Part shown: positions 9,036 through 18,055 of the stretch, piece after piece
How the letters are laid out: each line of letters starts with the position of its first letter
Numbering within the stretch: the first letter of the stretch is position 1
DNA from: a virus
Strand: one strand, 5' to 3'
DNA: 64,000 nucleotides
IMG/VR virus record: IMGVR_UViG_3300023178_003744
Location: 13,224-77,223 of that record
Notes under the pieces: generated by a model
What the model was told of the DNA's origin: nothing
What the model saw: the letters and a program-made list of their open reading frames with translations, nothing else
The model's database searches: none
Translations under genes and position numbers: made by a program

Positions 9036-10422
9036 TAAATATATCTTTCATATCAGGAAATACATCTTGCCAACTGGTGCTTCTTTGTTTATCGCAAAGT
9101 TCTAGAAATTCTTTCATTTCAGGCAATCGAATACTCCAATCTTCTGATTCCATAAATTGTAACATACCTTCTAAACGTTGTATACCATAATTTGCTGTTC
9201 GCCAATCTTCGTACGTTACTTTTCCTTTATGCCAACTTGGAATGCCTTTTTCCCAATTAGCTTCCCACCAAGGATAAAACTCTTCGTATTTTTTTCTGCA
9301 TTTTTCCTTAAACTCGTTAGGCAAAATTTTAACATTTAAATGCGGCGGATGGTATACAAAATGATAATTTACACCACCTGCTCCAAACGGCCACATATTT
9401 ATTTTGTTAAAGTTTTGCTCTAGTTTCCACTTTATTAAGTCAGGAATATAATATATGTTTAACGCTTGAACTGCACAAGCTACAGTAATTTCTACATTGT
9501 TTGATGTTTCTTTGTCAAGAATATGAAATACTTCTTTTTGCCTTTTCCACTTACTTGGATAGCGTATGTAATCATTCATTTCTTCTATACTATCTATACT
9601 GTAATGGAAACGCACTAATTTAAAATGTTTCCATAAATCAAATAAGTCATCTCGCCATTCTACACCATTTGAATTATATCTTATTTCTAGGTCTTTAGCA
9701 TAACCCATTTCAATACATTTTTCTAATATTTCGTAGTGCTCTTCGATAATAAGGCTTTCGCCGCCTGCAAAATAAATTTGTTGCATGTTAGGAATTTGTT
9801 CATAAAATTGCTCCCAAAATACAGGATTTTGCTTATGCCAATTGTAACTACTACCGTTGTAACTGCCTTTGTCTTTCCATTGCATTGTTGTTTTTAAACT
9901 GGCATTTTCTACTGCTGGAAAAATAGCTTTGTAATCTTTTATCCAACCCGAACTATCGTGCGGAGAGCACATTACGCATGCTAGTTGGCATTTAGTGCCA
10001 AACCGCAAATCAATATAAGCTAATTGCGGAGGTACACTTCCGTCATCGTTTGTGTTTTCTATTAATTTACCAACACTTACTCTTTTGCTCCAGTACTCTG
10101 TTTCCCATTGGCGTTTACTACGATGACCGGCTGCTTCTTCTTTATAACATTTTAAACAACTAGGAGGCTTTTCACCATTCATCATTTGTCTTCTGACATT
10201 TTTCATATAAGTGCTATTCCAACTACTTAAAAAATCACTTACATTTAAATTATTAGGCTTACCGTCATCTGTTTTTAAAATTCCTACCATACCACCGTGT
10301 TCACGATCGTTGGTAGCTCCTACACTAGATGCATTTGCTGTACAACATACTCGCATACTTCCGTCTGGCCTAGTGCTCAAATGAACCCAGGGTAAAATAC
10401 AAAATGTATCACTTACTGTCAT
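9025..10422 (-). CDS. Radical SAM protein with N-terminal twitch domain
   Basis: FCILPW...DGSMRVCC...CLKC; CQLACVMC; AGGESL. Confidence 0.9.
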   Translation of the reverse strand: MTVSDTFCILPWVHLSTRPDGSMRVCCTANASSVGATNDREHGGMVGILKTDDGKPNNLNVSDFLSSWNSTYMKNVRRQMMNGEKPPSCLKCYKEEAAGHRSKRQWETEYWSKRVSVGKLIENTNDDGSVPPQLAYIDLRFGTKCQLACVMCSPHDSSGWIKDYKAIFPAVENASLKTTMQWKDKGSYNGSSYNWHKQNPVFWEQFYEQIPNMQQIYFAGGESLIIEEHYEILEKCIEMGYAKDLEIRYNSNGVEWRDDLFDLWKHFKLVRFHYSIDSIEEMNDYIRYPSKWKRQKEVFHILDKETSNNVEITVACAVQALNIYYIPDLIKWKLEQNFNKINMWPFGAGGVNYHFVYHPPHLNVKILPNEFKEKCRKKYEEFYPWWEANWEKGIPSWHKGKVTYEDWRTANYGIQRLEGMLQFMESEDWSIRLPEMKEFLELCDKQRSTSWQDVFPDMKDIFNEI

Positions 10423-11834
10423 TTATTATCATCCGTAAAAATATATTCGTAAAACTTTGGGAATATGTCTAAAATTGATTGCCCGCGATGCGCATCGAGT
10501 TGTTCTGTGTATTTTTCACATTCTATTCTTTGCTCTGCTTTATGTCCATGCTGATCTTCTGTAAGATTGCTAGGCAGCGCATTAAAAACCATTTCAGTTT
10601 TTTCTTCATTTGGGATAAGCACATCAGCATGCTTTCCGATTTTTACAATATCTTTGTTAATTCTATCAATCTTATACCAAGTTACTTTAACGTTTTCGGG
10701 TTCATTATCTATATTATCCATTAGATTTTTATAATATTGTTTCCATTTAGTATACTCTTCAAACCAAGCTTTTTTGCCTTGATTATTTAAAATTTTAATA
10801 CTTAACCTACTAGGATCATATAAAAAATCAAACGATAAATTAAAATTATAACGTATTCGTTGATTGACTCTAAATTGTTCGATATACCATTTTGCCATAT
10901 CAAACACATCAAAAACATTATATATTTGTACAACATAAGAAATATTTATTGTAACTTGTTTTCCGTCTTGCTCTAGTAACTTTGCTAAATTAGTAGATAA
11001 CACTTCCCATTTACTAGGGTATCTTATATATTCATTTACTTTTTCTGTGCCGTCGATGCTTAAATTAAAAATAACTCTTTCGAATTTGTTTATTACTGCT
11101 AACAATCTAGGCTGTAAATTTGTTAAATTAGTAGTCATCTTTAATGTTATTTGTTTAGCATAATCTTTTTCTACTAGATTGTCAAGTAAGTCATACATCT
11201 CATCGTGTAATGTAGGTTCACCGCCGACAAAAGTTATTTCTTTTACTTCAAATATATTATCTTCTAAACTTTTCCAAAAAACAGATATGTCATCTATTTT
11301 ATCAAAAGTTAGATCTTTATACCAAGTGGGTTGATTGGTATCTTGAAATTGTTGCTGTTCTTTAACAATTTGACTGCTAAACTGGGGCCAGCACATTCTG
11401 CATTTTAAGTTGCATAAATTATTTAATCTAATATCAAAATATGAAATCTGAGGATTTGTAACTATTTCGTCAAACGACCTAGTTAAAGCATCTTGCCATT
11501 TTACATTCTCTTTCATTCGTTTACTAGGTAAAAATTGTTTTGGTCCTACTTCAGTCCAATCTTTATCAAAATCAACTTCCTCTTTCCAACAAATTTCACA
11601 CTCTGGCAATCTTTCATCATTTAAGATTTTCTGCCTAGCTTCGTTCATGTAATCGCTATTCCAAATTTCAGTAACTGAATCCTTTGCAATATTAAATTTT
11701 TCATTATTATTTTTCACTGCTACTTTTTTTCGATTAACTTTGCAGCATAATCTTACGTTACCTTCAGTAGTCGTTGCTAAATGGATGAAAGGTAGTATAC
11801 AAAAATTTTTTAAGTCAGAAACTTTGTTACTCAT
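10419..11834 (-). CDS. Radical SAM protein with N-terminal twitch domain
   Basis: FCILPF...GNVRLCC...CEIC; CNLKCRMC; VGGEPT. Confidence 0.9.
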   Translation of the reverse strand: MSNKVSDLKNFCILPFIHLATTTEGNVRLCCKVNRKKVAVKNNNEKFNIAKDSVTEIWNSDYMNEARQKILNDERLPECEICWKEEVDFDKDWTEVGPKQFLPSKRMKENVKWQDALTRSFDEIVTNPQISYFDIRLNNLCNLKCRMCWPQFSSQIVKEQQQFQDTNQPTWYKDLTFDKIDDISVFWKSLEDNIFEVKEITFVGGEPTLHDEMYDLLDNLVEKDYAKQITLKMTTNLTNLQPRLLAVINKFERVIFNLSIDGTEKVNEYIRYPSKWEVLSTNLAKLLEQDGKQVTINISYVVQIYNVFDVFDMAKWYIEQFRVNQRIRYNFNLSFDFLYDPSRLSIKILNNQGKKAWFEEYTKWKQYYKNLMDNIDNEPENVKVTWYKIDRINKDIVKIGKHADVLIPNEEKTEMVFNALPSNLTEDQHGHKAEQRIECEKYTEQLDAHRGQSILDIFPKFYEYIFTDDNK

Positions 11835-11839
11835 AAAGA

Positions 11840-11869
11840 TATTTATAACTGCATTAAATAAGGTAAATA
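11840..11869. promoter_or_regulatory. Divergent late promoters: TATAAATA (minus, 11847-11840) and TAAATA (plus, 11855-11860 and 11864-11869)
   Basis: Exact T4 late consensus TATAAATA 5 nt before ATG 11834; TAAATA 4 nt before ATG 11874. Confidence 0.65.
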
Positions 11870-11873
11870 TTTC

Positions 11874-13133
11874 ATGAACGATTCTACATTTTGTCCTTTT
11901 CCTTTTGAATCATTAGCTCTTAAAAGTTGGCTAAACGGCCAAATTCATAAAGTTTATCCGTGTTGTAATATGAAACACGATCGTCCCATAACTGAAGTAA
12001 ATAAAGAAACAGATCTGCAAAAAGTTTTTGACAGTCAGACCTTTCAAAATCTACGTAAAGACTTAATGAACGGAAAGAAAAATTCTCTATGTAATTATTG
12101 CTGGAACTTAGAGAAGCAAACTGGCCAAAGTCCAAGAACAATAGCATGTGAATCAAATAATACAACTTACAAAAAGACAAAAAAACTAAAAATTAAAAAA
12201 TTAGATATTCTTACTGATGAAGCATGCAATTTACGATGTCGAATGTGTACTCCGTCGTCGTCAAACAGTTTAAGAATAGATGTAAATAATCTCATAAGCA
12301 ATGACAAACCATTAGTTAGCAATTGGCCAAAGCATTCTGTAAGTTATGCAAAATTAGATCCAAAAGGCACCAGTGCTTTTTTTAATATGGGCCAAAAATA
12401 TATAGATGAAATAGTACAAATTTCTGATACTTTAGAAGAAATAAAATTTACAGGCGGCGAGCCGACAATAAGTTCTACTTTTTGGCAAATAATAGATAAT
12501 ATTCAAAATCCTAATATCAAAATTCATCTTACAACAAATGGTACAAAATTTAATCAGAGATTATTGAAAACTTTAGATAAATTTACTAATAAACATTTTA
12601 CAATAAGTGTAGATGGCACAGATTCAACCTATGAGTACATACGTCATCCGTTTTTGTGGAGTAAACTCACTGAAAATATAAATCGTTTAATATCTCATAA
12701 CCAAAATCACAATACTGAAATACATTTTTGCAGTGTACTAACTTCTTACAACATATTAAACATACACTATCTTGTAACCTACATAGAAAAACTATCAACT
12801 ACTTGCTCGAATAACATAAAATGGAAATGCATTCCTAATCCTCATCCTAAAGATAGCGTGTTTGATGTTAAATATCTTCCTACTCATATTTTAAAAAAAG
12901 CATTAAACTATTTTGAGATTTTAGAACAAGACTGTACTAAAACATCAATACATGCTGTGAGAAAAATTAAAAATTATTTGCAGTTTAACATAGAAAATCC
13001 AATTGACATTGATACAAAAACAAAAAAATTAACAATGTTAAAACAAGATATAGATTTATTAGATTTCTCTCGAAAACAGTCGTATAAAGACTTTCTTCAT
13101 GACGACTTAATAGACATTATAGAAGATATTTAA
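11874..13133 (+). CDS. Radical SAM protein with N-terminal twitch domain (inverted orientation)
   Basis: FCPFPF...YPCC...CNYC; CNLRCRMC; TGGEPT. Confidence 0.9.
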   Translation: MNDSTFCPFPFESLALKSWLNGQIHKVYPCCNMKHDRPITEVNKETDLQKVFDSQTFQNLRKDLMNGKKNSLCNYCWNLEKQTGQSPRTIACESNNTTYKKTKKLKIKKLDILTDEACNLRCRMCTPSSSNSLRIDVNNLISNDKPLVSNWPKHSVSYAKLDPKGTSAFFNMGQKYIDEIVQISDTLEEIKFTGGEPTISSTFWQIIDNIQNPNIKIHLTTNGTKFNQRLLKTLDKFTNKHFTISVDGTDSTYEYIRHPFLWSKLTENINRLISHNQNHNTEIHFCSVLTSYNILNIHYLVTYIEKLSTTCSNNIKWKCIPNPHPKDSVFDVKYLPTHILKKALNYFEILEQDCTKTSIHAVRKIKNYLQFNIENPIDIDTKTKKLTMLKQDIDLLDFSRKQSYKDFLHDDLIDIIEDI

Positions 13134-14223
13134 ATTCAGGTATAGTTTTTATATAATCTATGTTTCTTATTTTAGATATGTCATGTAGATGATCTACTAG
13201 TACTGCATGGTAATCTTGTTTATAAGAAGAATTTGTAACAATAGTTTGTAATTCACTAATTTTTTTCCGTATATTAGGAAAATTTTTCTCTGATGTTTTC
13301 AACATATCAGTAACAAACTGCTTTGCCGAGTCTGGCATTGCGTCGATACTAAAATGCTTAGGATTAATGCAATTTAAAAAATCTATTTTTGTTTTTGGCC
13401 TGTCTTTTACAAACTTAGAAATAAAATGCAACCATTGGTCTGCTACTAAAATGTTATAAGGTTGTATGACAAAATTTAGATTTATATTAATCTCTTTCAT
13501 TGTACAAAGTTGATCAACGTTATGTTTTACTGTATTCCAATTTGCTGGAAATCTTATGAGGTTGTACACCTCATCAACAGCATCAATACTTAATATAACT
13601 GTTAAACTTTTAAACTTACTTTTGTATTTGTCAAAAAAGTTTTTTATTCTAGTTGCATTTGTAGTAATTATTAACTCAACTTTTGATGCATCATATTTTT
13701 TTATAAATTTATCTAAGAATGCAATACAATACGGATCAATGGTTGGTTCTCCGCCAGCAAGTTTTAAAAATTTCAAATTACTAAAATCAATATCAATGTT
13801 AATATCCAAATTATTACCAGCAGCTACTTGCCTAAAATATTTAGACATGTGTGTATTTTTTTTTACAAAACTTTGTATTTGAGAACTGTCTGCTTGTGAA
13901 CACATGTTGCATTGTAAATTACAATAATTGCTTGTTCTTATATCTGCCCAAATTGGTTTATGCTTTTTGTAATCAATGGACGATTGATGCTCTTTGTCTA
14001 GTTGAGAAAACCAATTCCGTAAAGACATTTCACTTGTATAAGTTTCTTTATTCCAACAAACTCTGCACTCTTTTTGTTTTTTTCTGTTAACGTAATTAGC
14101 AACCTTTTTATAATTATAATCATCTAGATTATAATCATCATCATAATTGCAACAAGGAGCAATTGTATTTTTGTCAGTTTTATAAAAAAGACCTATATAA
14201 GGTGCTGCACACTTATTTGTCAT
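13117..14223 (-). CDS. Radical SAM protein with N-terminal twitch domain
   Basis: CAAPY...APCC...CRVC; CNLQCNMC; AGGEPT. Confidence 0.9.
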   Translation of the reverse strand: MTNKCAAPYIGLFYKTDKNTIAPCCNYDDDYNLDDYNYKKVANYVNRKKQKECRVCWNKETYTSEMSLRNWFSQLDKEHQSSIDYKKHKPIWADIRTSNYCNLQCNMCSQADSSQIQSFVKKNTHMSKYFRQVAAGNNLDINIDIDFSNLKFLKLAGGEPTIDPYCIAFLDKFIKKYDASKVELIITTNATRIKNFFDKYKSKFKSLTVILSIDAVDEVYNLIRFPANWNTVKHNVDQLCTMKEININLNFVIQPYNILVADQWLHFISKFVKDRPKTKIDFLNCINPKHFSIDAMPDSAKQFVTDMLKTSEKNFPNIRKKISELQTIVTNSSYKQDYHAVLVDHLHDISKIRNIDYIKTIPEFKYLL

Positions 14224-15232
14224 GGAATTTTATTTCATTTTGGTACGCACCCTTTTTAGCACATGTTCTAATGCATCTACTTATATGAAGATTATGTTTA
14301 GGGTCCCAACTGTCTTGCAAAACTTTTTGATAGTATTCTGTACTTAGAATTTCATCTAGGGAATGAAACTGTAAATTGTTCCAATCCGTAGGAAAGGTTT
14401 TATATTTGTCTAATATTTGTTCTTTATTTTTGAATGCACTATCCCATAGAAAACAACACGGCCAAACAGTACTATTAGCTGCGATGAAAATTTCTTTTCC
14501 ATGATAAAATTTGCAATCAATACTTGATAATATTTCTTTTGTTTGCTGTTCTGATTTATTTTCATTTGTAATAAATTTATCAAGCTCGGCTACTACTGCT
14601 TTTTTGCTGTGCTCTTTTGCTCCACTAGTTGTTATTACTACATCGGTTTTATCGTTTTTCTTACCGATTTTTGATACCCAATCATGATAACTATTCCTCA
14701 TACCAGTACGGGTTGCAAAATCAAATCCGTATTCTCTTGCTAATTTTTTAGCTTCATCAACTTCGTGTTCATTATGATCAAAAACAATGTATATCCACGT
14801 TCCTTGGCCGCCTGCGTCACTATACGCTTTCATGTTCCGTTTGATTATATCAAAATTTGTATTAACTCTATATATATAATTACTATGCGTACCGTCTACA
14901 CAAAAATTTACCTTAATATTTAACTTACCTAGTTCGTTCCACCACGAAGCACTGTTACGTCCTCCGTTAGTACTATATTGTATAAATGCACCTTTTTCTA
15001 CTAGATATTGTGTTATTTCTAAACATTCAGGATTTACAATAGGATCTCCTAGAACTCCACAAAACTTGAATTTTATTCCTTTTGGGTCTGGGAACCAATT
15101 TTTAATTTGTTGTAGTGTTAAGTTCTGTGGTTTTAAAATATCTAAATTTTGAGTCCGAGCACATCCCGGACATGCTGCGTTACAGTCACTGGAAATTTCT
15201 AATTCTACTCGTTGTATATTTTTTATTTGCAT
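14213..15232 (-). CDS. Radical SAM protein with C-terminal SPASM/twitch domain
   Basis: CNAACPGC, CGVLGDP, C-terminal C...WPCC...CIRTC. Confidence 0.9.
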   Translation of the reverse strand: MQIKNIQRVELEISSDCNAACPGCARTQNLDILKPQNLTLQQIKNWFPDPKGIKFKFCGVLGDPIVNPECLEITQYLVEKGAFIQYSTNGGRNSASWWNELGKLNIKVNFCVDGTHSNYIYRVNTNFDIIKRNMKAYSDAGGQGTWIYIVFDHNEHEVDEAKKLAREYGFDFATRTGMRNSYHDWVSKIGKKNDKTDVVITTSGAKEHSKKAVVAELDKFITNENKSEQQTKEILSSIDCKFYHGKEIFIAANSTVWPCCFLWDSAFKNKEQILDKYKTFPTDWNNLQFHSLDEILSTEYYQKVLQDSWDPKHNLHISRCIRTCAKKGAYQNEIKFHDK

Positions 15233-15244
15233 TAATCGCTTCCA

Positions 15245-15258
15245 ATAAATATATTTAT
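15245..15258. promoter_or_regulatory. Second copy of the palindromic bidirectional late-promoter-like element ATAAATATATTTAT
   Basis: Identical palindrome between divergent genes 14213..15232(-) and 15257..16582(+). Confidence 0.6.
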
Positions 15259-16582
15259 GAATAAAAATAGCGGCAAGAATTTAATGCATGCCAAACTAAC
15301 AAATGCTTACGGTGAAAGTTTTTGTGCAAGTCCATGGAATAGTTTACATGAAGGCCCAAACGGAATAGTTAACACATGTTGTAAGACAAGATGGCCAATT
15401 GGAAAAAATACAGAAAGTTCCTTTGAGCAAATGTATAACAGTGATCATGCTAAGAGTGTTAGAAAAGAATTTTTAGAAGGCAAAAAGCCAGAACAGTGTA
15501 AAGAATGCTGGGTACAAGAAGAAGCAGGAAATCATTCTATTAACAGAATTGCTGCTAACAAAATGAGTACTGAAGCAGTTATTGCCGACCTAGTAAAAAA
15601 CACAGACTCAGACGGTACTTTACATAAACATAAACCGGAATGGTTAGATTTGCTTTGGTCAAATAAATGTAACTTTGCATGCATAGGTTGTGTTCCTGAT
15701 CTAAGTTCAACTATTAACAAAAATTTCAAAAAAGAATTTGCTATACTCAACGGCAAAAATCCATCATCATATCACATTGATACTAAAGATTGGACAAATT
15801 CTAATAACAATAAAATAGATTACATATTGCGTCATAAAGATACTATAAGGCGTATTCATTTTAATGGCGGAGAGCCATTTTTGAACGAAGATATATACGA
15901 ACTGCTTGAAGTATTATTAAAGAAAAAACTACACAAAAAAATAAACATTTGGACTCACACAAACGGTAGTGTTACTAAAAGTTACAAAGGAACAGATATA
16001 ATAGAAGACTATCTAGTACACTGGGGCGACAATGCAGATGTTGTTATGAGCAATGACGGTTTCGGAAAAATAGGAGAATATATAAGGTGGGGATATACTG
16101 ATAAAAAATGGTTAGCGACCTATGAAAAGATCTCAAATACTAATATAAATTTAAAAATCCAAACTTGCTATAATATGTTTAATGCTTGTAATATTCATGA
16201 ATTAGGTGAATGGTTTATTCAAAACTGTAAAAATAAAACGGTATACGGTAAACTAACTGTGTGGACAAACGAAACTACCAATCCGAGTATGTTAAACTAT
16301 AATTCAGATGTCAAACAAACAGCAATTGATTCTTTAACAAAATCAATACAATCAAGAAATCATCCAGTAGGCTGGGAAGATAATTTACATAAATGGTTAG
16401 ACTGGTTAACTGGAGACGGAAAAGCAGCACAGCATGAAAAAAGCTATAGTTTGAACAATTATAGAAATTTAAAAGCATGGTACAACGGCGTAAATGCACT
16501 AGACATTAAAAGAGGTACTGATCTTTGCCAAGATATTCCACTGTTAGCTCCGCTGTATAACTTAGGGAAAGCTATTAGTTAA
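15257..16582 (+). CDS. Radical SAM protein with N-terminal twitch domain (inverted orientation)
   Basis: FCASPW...GIVNTCC...CKEC; CNFACIGC; NGGEPF. Confidence 0.9.
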   Translation: MNKNSGKNLMHAKLTNAYGESFCASPWNSLHEGPNGIVNTCCKTRWPIGKNTESSFEQMYNSDHAKSVRKEFLEGKKPEQCKECWVQEEAGNHSINRIAANKMSTEAVIADLVKNTDSDGTLHKHKPEWLDLLWSNKCNFACIGCVPDLSSTINKNFKKEFAILNGKNPSSYHIDTKDWTNSNNNKIDYILRHKDTIRRIHFNGGEPFLNEDIYELLEVLLKKKLHKKINIWTHTNGSVTKSYKGTDIIEDYLVHWGDNADVVMSNDGFGKIGEYIRWGYTDKKWLATYEKISNTNINLKIQTCYNMFNACNIHELGEWFIQNCKNKTVYGKLTVWTNETTNPSMLNYNSDVKQTAIDSLTKSIQSRNHPVGWEDNLHKWLDWLTGDGKAAQHEKSYSLNNYRNLKAWYNGVNALDIKRGTDLCQDIPLLAPLYNLGKAIS

Positions 16583-17132
16583 CTAAAACTGATTGATTTC
16601 TCCATTGATCATTTACGTAGTTTACAATAATACTACTTCTATCATTACTTAACGGTTTTAGACTATGATATTCGGTTCCTGTGTTTTTAAAAAACCAACC
16701 AGAATTTTCTTTTGCTGCAACTTGACTATTGTTTAATATCGTACTGTCTTGCAATGATGTTAAATAAACTTGCAAAGTAAACAACTTTGCTTTATCATCA
16801 ACATGACTGTGTAGATAGCTTCCTTTAGCATCGTTACAAAGTTCAATTCTTGTCTTACATTTAATAAAGTTTTGATTACACACATTTCCAAAAAATTCTT
16901 TACATTTAGCAGTATCGAATTCTTTACCTAACTCGTATAATAATTTAGACTGAATAGAATTACAAAATATTCTATTTTTGACGTCAGTTCGTTGGCCAGA
17001 AAAAGTATCAAATGGAAATTTTTGGTATTCATCTACTAGTGCGTCAAAGACTGATTTTTCCAGTAAATCATCAAATTTAAAAAATGTATAACTACTAGAT
17101 ATCTTTTTGTATATAAAATTGTAATTTATCAA
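16575..17132 (-). CDS. 2OG-Fe(II) oxygenase
   Basis: LHSHVD (HxD), LQVYL, EYHS (distal His) and RSSIIVNY (2OG-binding Arg-x-Ser). Confidence 0.75.
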   Translation of the reverse strand: MINYNFIYKKISSSYTFFKFDDLLEKSVFDALVDEYQKFPFDTFSGQRTDVKNRIFCNSIQSKLLYELGKEFDTAKCKEFFGNVCNQNFIKCKTRIELCNDAKGSYLHSHVDDKAKLFTLQVYLTSLQDSTILNNSQVAAKENSGWFFKNTGTEYHSLKPLSNDRSSIIVNYVNDQWRNQSVLVN

Positions 17133-18055
17133 AATTTTATCTTCTTACGTACTAGTGTATTATATAATTTACAATTAAATAATTCTTTATCACTATTTGC
17201 AGTTAGATTAACAATACGTATTTTTTTTGTTTCGCATTCTTTAATTCTTATATCGGGATCTATATGAAAAAATAATTCCCAAAAATCAAAATTTTGATAC
17301 ATAATATCTTTATCAAGAACTTCGATATAAACTTCATTCTTAGGAGACTTTGTTTTCATATCAGTTACAAAATTATTATTTACTAAAACTTTTTTGCTTA
17401 CAGGATTTATAACTTCTAGCCCATATTCTAATAGATACTCTCTGTAATTACATGAACTAGGTCTGCTTTCACTTTTTCTAAACCAATCATCATATCCGTT
17501 ATCATCCCTAAAACTAGACAAACCGTGCCAGCTTATTTCTAAGCGTTCTTTATTACGTATTTGCACACTAATATCATTACCAAAATTAGATATAATTTCA
17601 TCTTGATTTTTAATTTGTGTGTAACTAGTTTTTTTGATAGGTTTTGTACTTTTTGTTTGCTCAAGAATTGGCACTGTGTCTAAATTTAAATATCTAGCTA
17701 TTAATAATCGTTTATTACCGGGGTGCACTGCTTCATAAAACTTTTGAATAGGCATAAAAATTCCGTTTTGATCAATGTCAGTTATAATAAAATTACATAA
17801 ATCAATTGTTCCCTGTAGCCATAATTCAAGTTTATGATACATAGATAGCATTCTATAATCTAGGTTGCTATATAAGTTTCTAAGTCTTCGACTCGGCATA
17901 TAGTCTGCAAACGCACTAGGAATATTATTTAATTTTTCTAATTTATATTCCGGATATATAAAAAAATTATAATTTTGAAAAATGTAATTCAAAGCAGCAT
18001 TGTCTGGCCATCTAGGTTTTTCTGACAAATTATCTTGCAAAGTTTTTAATTTCAT
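17129..18055 (-). CDS. Hypothetical protein with a ParB/sulfiredoxin-like segment
   Basis: DIDQNGIFMPI...VHPGNKRLLIARYLNLDTVPIL resembles the ParB/Srx I..G...PI...G..R..A..LG...VP pattern. Confidence 0.45.
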   Translation of the reverse strand: MKLKTLQDNLSEKPRWPDNAALNYIFQNYNFFIYPEYKLEKLNNIPSAFADYMPSRRLRNLYSNLDYRMLSMYHKLELWLQGTIDLCNFIITDIDQNGIFMPIQKFYEAVHPGNKRLLIARYLNLDTVPILEQTKSTKPIKKTSYTQIKNQDEIISNFGNDISVQIRNKERLEISWHGLSSFRDDNGYDDWFRKSESRPSSCNYREYLLEYGLEVINPVSKKVLVNNNFVTDMKTKSPKNEVYIEVLDKDIMYQNFDFWELFFHIDPDIRIKECETKKIRIVNLTANSDKELFNCKLYNTLVRKKIKF

